Shown here: piece after piece, positions 54,101-64,000 of the stretch
Layout: each line of letters begins with the position of its first letter
How positions within the stretch are numbered: position 1 is the stretch's first letter
Source of the DNA: Auanema rhodensis
Lineage: Eukaryota; Animalia; Nematoda
DNA: 64,000 bases
Assembly: GCA_964057225.1 (NCBI GenBank)
Contig: OZ059900.1
Coordinates: 17,794,001 to 17,858,000, forward strand
Reading direction: 5' to 3'
The notes under the pieces: model-generated
What the model was told of the DNA's origin: nothing
The model's input: the letters and a program-made list of their open reading frames with translations, nothing else
Databases searched by the model: none
Program-made: the position numbers and the translations under genes

Positions 54101-57100
54101 GCATGAGTTTGAACACATGAAATCGTAAGTCAAAACCTTGTTTACAGCGAAATTTCCAAAAACTCGTTTTCCAGCATAATAAAATATTTCTCATGGGAAA
54201 TACTGTGTTTTTGTATTTTTTTAGTGTTCAGCATGTAAAATGCTTCATTTTAGTATGTAACACGCTGAAATTCGTTGCATTTGACGACTCATATGAACAA
54301 AAATCGATTTAATCAATATTAGCCATAAGGGGCGTGCCCTCAGAATATGCTAATTTCCTTAATTTTCTAACCCCTGTTTTTTTGTCGTGAAAGTGGAACT
54401 AGACGTTGTACGAACAATTTTGAGCTAGGTTTCATTGACATTGCATGAGTTTGAACACATGAAATCGTAAGTCAAAACCTTGTTTACAGCGAAATTTCCA
54501 AAAACTGGTTTTCCAGCATAATAAAATATTTCTCATGGGAAATACTGTGTTTTTGTATTTTTCTAGTGTTCAGCATGTAAAATGCTTCATTTTAGTATGT
54601 AACACGCTGAAATTCGTTGCATTTGACGACTCATATGAACAAAAATCGATTTAATCAATATAAGCCATAAAGGGCGTGCCCTCAGAATCTGCTAATTTCC
54701 TTAATTTTCTAACCCCTGTTTTTTTGTCGTGAAAGTGGAACTAGACGTTGTAGGAACAATTTCGAGCTAGATTTCATTGACATTGCATGAGTTTGAACAC
54801 ATGAAATCGTAAGTCAAAACCTTGTTTACAGCGAAATTTCCAAAAACTCGTTTTCCAGCATAATAAAATATTTCTCATGGGAAATACTGTGTTTTTGTAT
54901 TTTTTTAGTGTTCAGCATGTAAAATGCTTCATTTTAGTATGTGACACGCTGAAATTAATTGCATTTGACGACTCATATGAACAAAAATCGATTTAATCAA
55001 TATTAGCCATAAGGGGCGTGCCCTCAGATTATGCTAATTTCCTTAATTTTCTAACCCCTGTTTTGTTGTCGTGAAAGTGGAACTAGACGTTGTAGGAACA
55101 ATTTTGAGCTAGGTTTCATTGACATTGCATGAGTTTGAACACATGAAATCGTAAGTCAAAACCTTGTTTACAGCGAAATTTCCAAAAACTGGTTTTCCAG
55201 CATAATAAAATATTTCTCATGGGAAATACTGTGTTTTTGTATTTTTATAGTGTTCAGCATGTAAAATGTTTCATTTTAGTATGTAACACGCTGAAATTCG
55301 TTGCATTTGACGACTCATATGAACAAAAATCGATTTAATCAATATAAGCCATAAAGGGCGTGCCCTCAGAATCTGCTAATTTCCTTAATTTTCTAACCCC
55401 TGTTTTGTTGTCGTGAAAGTGGAACTAGACGTTGTAGGAACAATTTTGAGCTAGGTTTCATTGACATTGCATGAGTTTGAACACATGAAATCGTAAGTCA
55501 AAACCTTGTTTACAGCGAAATTTCCAAAAACTGGTTTTCCAGCATAATAAAATATTTCTCATGGGAAATACTGTGTTTTTGTATTTTTATAGTGTTCAGC
55601 ATGTAAAATGCTTCATTTTAGTATGTAACACGCTGAAATTCGTTGCATTTGACGACTCATATGAACAAAAATCGATTTAATCAATATTAGCCATAAGAGG
55701 CGTGCCCTCAGAATATGCTAATTTCCTTAATTTTCTAACCCCTGTTTTTTTGTCGTGAAAGTGGAACTAGACGTTGTAGGAACAATTTTGAGCTAGGTTT
55801 CATTGACATTGCATGAGTTTGAACACATGAAATCGTAAGTCAAAACCTTGTTTACAGCGAAATTTCCAAAAACTGGTTTTCCAGCATAATAAAATATTTC
55901 TCATAGGAAATACTGTGTTTTTGTATTTTTCTAGTGTTCAGCATGTGAAATGCTTCATTTTAGTATGTAACACGCTGAAATTCGTTGCATTTGACGACTC
56001 ATATGAACAAAAATCGATTTAATCAATATTAGCCATAAGGGGCGTGCCCTCAGAATATGCTAATTTCCTTAATTTTCTAACCCCTGTTTTGTTGTCGTGA
56101 AAGTGGAACTAGACGTTGTAGGAACAATTTTGAGCTAGGTTTCATTGACATTGCATGAGTTTGAACACATGAAATCGTAAGTCAAAACCTTGTTTACAGC
56201 GAAATTTCCAAAAACTGGTTTTCCAGCATAATAAAATATTTCTCATGGGAAATACTGTGTTTTTGTATTTTTCTAGTGTTCAGCATGTAAAATGCTTCAT
56301 TTTAGTATGTAACACGCTGAAATTCGTTTCATTTGACGACTCATATGAACAAAAATCGATTTAATCAATATTAGCCATAAAGGGCGTGCCCTCAGAATAT
56401 GCTAATTTCCTTAATTTTCTAACCCCTGTTTTTTTGTCGTGAAAGTGGAACTAGACGTTGTAGGAACAATTTCGAGCTAGATTTCATTGACATTGCATGA
56501 GTTTGAACACATGAAATCGTAAGTCAAAACCTTGTTTACAGCGAAATTTCCAAAAACTGGTTTTCCAGCATAATAAAATATTTCTCATGGGAAATACTGT
56601 GTTTTTGTATTTTTATAGTGTTCAGCATGTAAAATGTTTCATTTTAGTATGTAACACGCTGAAATTCGTTGCATTTGACGACTCATATGAACAAAAATCG
56701 ATTTAATCAATATTAGCCATAAAGGGCGTGCCCTCAGATTATGCTAATTTCCTTAATTTTCTAACCCCTGTTTTGTTGTCGTGAAAGTGGAACTAGACGT
56801 TGTAGGAACAATTTTGAGCTAGGTTTCATTGACATTGCATGAGTTTGAACACATGAAATCGTAAGTCAAAACCTTGTTTACAGCGAAATTTCCAAAAACT
56901 GGTTTTCCAGCATAATAAAATATTTCTCATGGGAAATACTGTGTTTTTGTATTTTTATAGTGTTCAGCATGTAAAATGTTTCATTTTAGTATGTAACACG
57001 CTGAAATTCGTTGCATTTGACGACTCATATGAACAAAAATCGATTTAATCAATATAAGCCATAAAGGGCGTGCCCTCAGAATCTGCTAATTTCCTTAATT

Positions 57101-60100
57101 TTCTAACCCCTGTTTTTTTGTCGTGAAAGTGGAACTAGACGTTGTAGGAACAATTTTGAGCTAGATTTCATTGACATTGCATGAGTTTGAACACATGAAA
57201 TCGTAAGTCAAAACCTTGTTTACAGCGAAATTTCCAAAAACTCGTTTTCCAGCATAATAAAATATTTCTCATGGGAAATACTGTGTTTTTGTATTTTTTT
57301 AGTGTTCAGCATGTAAAATGCTTCATTTTAGTATGTGACACGCTGAAATTAATTGCATTTGACGACTCATATGAACAAAAATCGATTTAATCAATATTAG
57401 CCATAAGGGGCGTGCCCTCAGAATATGCTAATTTCCTCAATTTTCTAACCCCTGTTTTTTTGTCGTGAAAGTGGAACTAGACGTTGTACGAACAATTTTG
57501 AGCTAGGTTTCTTTGACATTGCATGAGTTTGAACACATGAAATCGTAAGTCAAAACCTTGTTTACAGCGAAATTTCCAAAAACTGGTTTTCCAGCATAAT
57601 AAAATATTTCTCATGGGAAATACTGTGTTTTTGTATTTTTATAGTGTTCAGCATGTAAAATGTTTCATTTTAGTATGTAACACGCTGAAATTCGTTGCAT
57701 TTGACGACTCATATGAACAAAAATCGATTTAATCAATATAAGCCATAAAGGGCGTGCCCTCAGAATCTGCTAATTTCCTTAATTTTCTAACCCCTGTTTT
57801 TTTGTCGTGAAAGTGGAACTAGACGTTGTAGGAACAATTTTGAGCTAGATTTCATTGACATTGCATGAGTTTGAACACATGAAATCGTAAGTCAAAACCT
57901 TGTTTACAGCGAAATTTCCAAAAACTCGTTTTCCAGCATAATAAAATATTTCTCATGGGAAATACTGTGTTTTTGTATTTTTTTAGTGTTCAGCATGTAA
58001 AATGCTTCATTTTAGTATGTGACACGCTGAAATTAATTGCATTTGACGACTCATATGAACAAAAATCGATTTAATCAATATTAGCCATAAGGGGCGTGCC
58101 CTCAGAATATGCTAATTTCCTCAATTTTCTAACCCCTGTTTTTTTGTCGTGAAAGTGGAACTAGACGTTGTACGAACAATTTTGAGCTAGGTTTCATTGA
58201 CATTGCATGAGTTTGAACACATGAAATCGTAAGTCAAAACCTTGTTTACAGCGAAATTTCCAAAAACTGGTTTTCCAGCATAATAAAATATTTCTCATGG
58301 GAAATACTGTGTTTTTGTATTTTTCTAGTGTTCAGCATGTGAAATGCTTCATTTTAGTATGTAACACGCTGAAATTCGTTGCATTTGACGACTCATATGA
58401 ACAAAAATCGATTTAATCAATATTAGCCATAAGGGGCGTGCCCTCAGAATATGCTAATTTCCTTAATTTTCTAACCCCTGTTTTGTTGTCGTGAAAGTGG
58501 AACTAGACGTTGTAGGAACAATTTTGAGCTAGGTTTCATTGACATTGCATGAGTTTGAACACATGAAATCGTAAGTCAAAACCTTGTTTACAGCGAAATT
58601 TCCAAAAACTGGTTTTCCAGCATAATAAAATATTTCTCATGGGAAATACTGTGTTTTTGTATTTTTATAGTGTTCAGCATGTAAAATGCTTCATTTTAGT
58701 ATGTAACACGCTGAAATTCGTTGCATTTGACGACTCATATGAACAAAAATCGATTTAATCAATATTAGCCATAAGAGGCGTGCCCTCAGAATATGCTAAT
58801 TTCCTTAATTTTCTAACCCCTGTTTTTTTGTCGTGAAAGTGGAACTAGACGTTGTAGGAACAATTTTGAGCTAGGTTTCATTGACATTGCATGAGTTTGA
58901 ACACATGAAATCGTAAGTCAAAACCTTGTTTACAGCGAAATTTCCAAAAACTGGTTTTCCAGCATAATAAAATATTTCTCATAGGAAATACTGTGTTTTT
59001 GTATTTTTCTAGTGTTCAGCATGTGAAATGCTTCATTTTAGTATGTAACACGCTGAAATTCGTTGCATTTGACGACTCATATGAACAAAAATCGATTTAA
59101 TCAATATTAGCCATAAGGGGCGTGCCCTCAGAATATGCTAATTTCCTTAATTTTCTAACCCCTGTTTTGTTGTCGTGAAAGTGGAACTAGACGTTGTAGG
59201 AACAATTTTGAGCTAGGTTTCATTGACATTGCATGAGTTTGAACACATGAAATCGTAAGTCAAAACCTTGTTTACAGCGAAATTTCCAAAAACTGGTTTT
59301 CCAGCATAATAAAATATTTCTCATGGGAAATACTGTGTTTTTGTATTTTTCTAGTGTTCAGCATGTAAAATGCTTCATTTTAGTATGTAACACGCTGAAA
59401 TTCGTTTCATTTGACGACTCATATGAACAAAAATCGATTTAATCAATATTAGCCATAAGGGGCGTGCCCTCAGAATATGCTAATTTCCTTAATTTTCTAA
59501 CCCCTGTTTTTTTGTCGTGAAAGTGGAACTAGACGTTGTAGGAACAATTTTGAGCTAGGTTTCATTGACATTGCATGAGTTTGAACACATGAAATCGTAA
59601 GTCAAAACCTTGTTTACAGCGAAATTTCCAAAAACTGGTTTTCCAGCATAATAAAATATTTCTCATGGGAAATACTGTGTTTTTGTATTTTTATAGTGTT
59701 CAGCATGTAAAATGTTTCATTTTAGTATGTAACACGCTGAAATTCGTTGCATTTGACGACTCATATGAACAAAAATCGATTTAATCAATATTAGCCATAA
59801 AGGGCGTGCCCTCAGAATATGCTAATTTCCTTAATTTTCTAACCCCTGTTTTTTTGTCGTGAAAGTGGAACTAGACGTTGTAGGAACAATTTTGAGCTAG
59901 GTTTCATTGACATTGCATGAGTTTGAACACATGAAATCGTAAGTCAAAACCTTGTTTACAGCGAAATTTCCAAAAACTCGTTTTCCAGCATAATAAAATA
60001 TTTCTCATGGGAAATACTGTGTTTTTGTATTTTTTTAGTGTTCAGCATGTAAAATGCTTCATTTTAGTATGTAACACGCTGAAATTAATTGCATTTGACG

Positions 60101-60712
60101 ACTCATATGAACAAAAATCGATTTAATCAATATTAGCCATAAGGGGCGTGCCCTCAGAATATGCTAATTTCCTTAATTTTCTAACCCCTGTTTTTTTGTC
60201 GTGAAAGTGGAACTAGACGTTGTACGAACAATTTTGAGCTAGGTTTCATTGACATTGCATGAGTTTGAACACATGAAATCGTAAGTCAAAACCTTGTTTA
60301 CAGCGAAATTTCCAAAAACTGGTTTTCCAGCATAATAAAATATTTCTCATGGGAAATACTGTGTTTTTGTATTTTTCTAGTGTTCAGCATGTAAAATGGT
60401 TCATTTTAGTATGTAACACGCTGAAATTCGTTGCATTTGACGACTCATATGAACAAAAATCGATTAAATCAATATTAGCCATAAGGGGCGTGCCCTCAGA
60501 ATATGCTAATTTCCTTAATTTTCTAACCCCTGTTTTTTTGTCGTGAAAGTGGAACTAGACGTTGTACGAACAATTTTGAGCTAGGTTTCATTGACATTGC
60601 ATGAGTTTGAACACATGAAATCGTAAGTCAAAACCTTGTTTACAGCGAAATTTCCAAAAACTGGTTTTCCAGCATAATAAAATCTTTCTCATGGGAAATA
60701 CTGTGTTTTTGT

Positions 60713-60766
60713 ATTTCAGCGTGTTACATACTAAAATGAAGCATTTTACATGCTGAACACTAGAAA
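60713..60766. other. Strand-switch (inversion) junction with 4-bp microhomology ATTT and a 49-bp spacer between inverted arms
   Basis: The forward monomer matches through ...TGTTTTTGTATTT (60716 = m314). The reverse monomer matches from ATTTCAGCG (60713, reverse complement of m22-25 AAAT). The complement of the left arm resumes at 60766 (AAATACAAAAACACAG). Confidence 0.97.
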
Positions 60767-61021
60767 AATACAAAAACACAGTATTTCCCATGAGAAATAT
60801 TTTATTATGCTGGAAAACCAGTTTTTGGAAATTTGAAACCTAGCTCAAAATTGTTCCTACAACGTCTAGTTCCACTTTCACGACAACAAAACAGGGGTTA
60901 GAAAATTAAGGAAATTAGCATATTCTGAGGGCACGCCCCTTATGGCTAATATTGATTAAATCGATTTTTGTTCATATGAGTCGTCAAATGCAACGAATTT
61001 CAGCGTGTTACATACTAAAAT
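60738..61021 (-). repeat. Truncated 284-bp monomer with a 58-bp deletion (m188-245) at 60834/60835
   Basis: GGAAATTT is joined directly to GAAACCTAG; the normal intervening CGCTGTAAAC...GCAATGTCAAT (58 bp) is absent. Confidence 0.95.
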
Positions 61022-64000
61022 GAAGCATTTCACATGCTGAACACTAGAAAAATACAAAAACACAGTATTTCCCATGAGAAATATTTTATTATGCTGGAAA
61101 ACCAGTTTTTGGAAAGTTCGCTGTAAACAAGGTTTTGACTTACGATTTCATGTGTTCAAACTCATGCAATGTCAATGAAACCTAGCTCAAAATTGTTCGT
61201 ACAACGTCTAGTTCCACTTTCACGACAAAAAAACAGGGGTTAGAAATTTAAGGAAATTAGCATATTCTGAGGGCACGCCCCTTATGGCTAATATTGATTA
61301 AATCGATTTTTGTTCATATGAGTCGTCAAATGCAATTAATTTCAGCGTGTTACATACTAAAATGAAGCATTTTACATGCTGAACACTAAAAAAATACAAA
61401 AACACAGTATTTCCCATGAGAAATATTTTATTATGCTGGAAAACGAGTTTTTGGAAATTTCGCTGTAAACAAGGTTTTGACTTACGATTTCATGTGTTCA
61501 AACTCATGCAATGTCAATGAAACCTAGCTCAAAATTGTTCCTACAACGTCTAGTTCCACTTTCACGACAAAAAACAGGGGTTAGAAAATTAAGGAAATTA
61601 GCATATTCTGAGGGCACGCCCCTTATGGCTAATATTGATTAAATCGATTTTTGTTCATATGAGTCGTCAAATGCAACGAATTTCAGCGTGTTACATACTA
61701 AAATGAAGCATTTTACATGCTGAACACTAGAAAAATACAAAAACACAGTATTTCCCATGAGAAATATTTTATTATGCTGGAAAACCAGTTTTTGGAAATT
61801 TCGCTGTAAACAAGGTTTTGACTTACGATTTCATGTGTTCAAACTCATGCAATGTCAATGAAACCTAGCTCAAAATTGTTCCTACAACGTCTAGTTCCAC
61901 TTTCACGACAACAAAACAGGGGTTAGAAAATTAAGGAAATTAGCATATTCTGAGGGCACGCCCCTTATGGCTAATATTGATTAAATCGATTTTTGTTCAT
62001 ATGAGTCGTCAAATGCAACGAATTTCAGCGTGTTACATACTAAAATGAAGCATTTCACATGCTGAACACTAGAAAAATACAAAAACACAGTATTTCCCAT
62101 GAGAAATATTTTATTATGCTGGAAAACCAGTTTTTGGAAATTTCGCTGTAAACAAGGTTTTGACTTACGATTTCATGTGTTCAAACTCATGCAATGTCAA
62201 TGAAACCTAGCTCAAAATTGTTCCTACAACGTCTAGTTCCACTTTCACGACAAAAAAACAGGGGTTAGAAAATTAAGGAAATTAGCATATTCTGAGGGCA
62301 CGCCTCTTATGGCTAATATTGATTAAATCGATTTTTGTTCATATGAGTCGTCAAATGCAACGAATTTCAGCGTGTTACATACTAAAATGAAGCATTTTAC
62401 ATGCTGAACACTATAAAAATACAAAAACACAGTATTTCCCATGAGAAATATTTTATTATGCTGGAAAACCAGTTTTTGGAAATTTCGCTGTAAACAAGGT
62501 TTTGACTTACGATTTCATGTGTTCAAACTCATGCAATGTCAATGAAACCTAGCTCAAAATTGTTCCTACAACGTCTAGTTCCACTTTCACGACAACAAAA
62601 CAGGGGTTAGAAAATTAAGGAAATTAGCATATTCTGAGGGCACGCCTCTTATGGCTAATATTGATTAAATCGATTTTTGTTCATATGAGTCGTCAAATGC
62701 AACGAATTTCAGCGTGTTACATACTAAAATGAAGCATTTTACATGCTGAACACTATAAAAATACAAAAACACAGTATTTCCCATGAGAAATATTTTATTA
62801 TGCTGGAAAACCAGTTTTTGGAAATTTCGCTGTAAACAAGGTTTTGACTTACGATTTCATGTGTTCAAACTCATGCAATGTCAATGAAACCTAGCTCAAA
62901 ATTGTTCCTACAACGTCTAGTTCCACTTTCACGACAACAAAACAGGGGTTAGAAAATTAAGGAAATTAGCATATTCTGAGGGCACGCCCCTTATGGCTAA
63001 TATTGATTAAATCGATTTTTGTTCATATGAGTCGTCAAATGCAACGAATTTCAGCGTGTTACATACTAAAATGAAGCATTTCACATGCTGAACACTAGAA
63101 AAATACAAAAACACAGTATTTCCCATGAGAAATATTTTATTATGCTGGAAAACCAGTTTTTGGAAAGTTCGCTGTAAACAAGGTTTTGACTTACGATTTC
63201 ATGTGTTCAAACTCATGCAATGTCAATGAAACCTAGCTCAAAATTGTTCGTACAACGTCTAGTTCCACTTTCACGACAAAAAAACAGGGGTTAGAAATTT
63301 AAGGAAATTAGCATATTCTGAGGGCACGCCCCTTATGGCTAATATTGATTAAATCGATTTTTGTTCATATGAGTCGTCAAATGCAATTAATTTCAGCGTG
63401 TTACATACTAAAATGAAGCATTTTACATGCTGAACACTAAAAAAATACAAAAACACAGTATTTCCCATGAGAAATATTTTATTATGCTGGAAAACGAGTT
63501 TTTGGAAATTTCGCTGTAAACAAGGTTTTGACTTACGATTTCATGTGTTCAAACTCATGCAATGTCAATGAAACCTAGCTCAAAATTGTTCCTACAACGT
63601 CTAGTTCCACTTTCACGACAAAAAACAGGGGTTAGAAAATTAAGGAAATTAGCATATTCTGAGGGCACGCCCCTTATGGCTAATATTGATTAAATCGATT
63701 TTTGTTCATATGAGTCGTCAAATGCAACGAATTTCAGCGTGTTACATACTAAAATGAAGCATTTTACATGCTGAACACTAGAAAAATACAAAAACACAGT
63801 ATTTCCCATGAGAAATATTTTATTATGCTGGAAAACCAGTTTTTGGAAATTTCGCTGTAAACAAGGTTTTGACTTACGATTTCATGTGTTCAAACTCATG
63901 CAATGTCAATGAAACCTAGCTCAAAATTGTTCCTACAACGTCTAGTTCCACTTTCACGACAACAAAACAGGGGTTAGAAAATTAAGGAAATTAGCATATT
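60835..64000 (-). repeat. 6-monomer (2,051-bp) higher-order repeat in the inverted arm
   Basis: Markers GGAAAGTTCG (61111/63162), AGAAATTTAAGG, AATTAATT (61334/63385) and the 6-A tract recur at +2,051. Confidence 0.85.

Larger units (their letters stand above)
1..60716 (+). repeat. Tandem satellite DNA array, 342-bp monomer, 175 complete copies plus one 314-bp partial, head-to-tail; continues off the left edge
   Basis: ATTTTAGTATGTAACACGCTGAAATTCG recurs at 1, 343, 685, 1027 ... 60061, 60403 (period 342). Copies differ by only a few substitutions, occasional 1-bp deletions and eight +71-bp variants. Consensus GC is 116/342. Confidence 0.99.
60713..64000 (-). repeat. Same 342-bp satellite in inverted orientation, about 9.8 monomers; continues off the right edge
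   Basis: From 60713 the sequence ATTTCAGCGTGTTACATACTAAAATGAAGC is the reverse complement of the monomer, and the 342-bp period persists (apart from one 58-bp and two 1-bp deletions). Confidence 0.99.

Noticed and set aside
60349-60546. 65-aa ORF on +
   Set aside because: Created by the private T>A change at 60466, which removes the usual TAA stop; it is translated satellite.
60588-60791. 67-aa ORF on -
   Set aside because: A chimeric frame read across the inversion junction, with no evidence of coding function.
1-64000. CRISPR array or other repeat-spacer system
   Set aside because: There are no unique spacers, the whole 342-bp unit is repeated, and no cas or other genes are present.
60713-64000. 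Inverted arm as a read fold-back (missed-adapter) artefact
   Set aside because: The arms are not mirror-identical: they differ in SNPs and by a 58-bp deletion, and the right arm has its own 6-mer HOR. Read-level confirmation is still advisable.

Overview
The whole 64 kb window is one AT-rich (about 34% GC by hand count) tandem satellite array with a 342-bp monomer, typical of eukaryotic (peri)centromeric or heterochromatic DNA. I find no credible gene, RNA gene, transposon or CRISPR array; all 18 ORFs in the track are by-products of rearranged or mutated monomers. Positions 1-60716 hold 175 complete monomers plus one 314-bp partial in + orientation. At 60713-60716 the array switches strand through a 4-bp microhomology (ATTT), and about 9.8 inverted monomers run to the window end. 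The junction has fold-back geometry (49-nt loop), and a rare monomer haplotype sits at mirror positions on both arms. Eight 413-bp variant monomers (72-bp internal duplication) act as landmarks for nested duplications of 2, 3, 6, 13-14 and 68 monomers (23,603 bp). The monomer is rich in dyad symmetries, has a nearly invariant 64-bp core, shows a faint 2x171-bp ancestry and has no CpG depletion. I cannot name the organism or satellite family. All comparisons were made by eye. 'm' coordinates are monomer positions, with m1 = window position 1.
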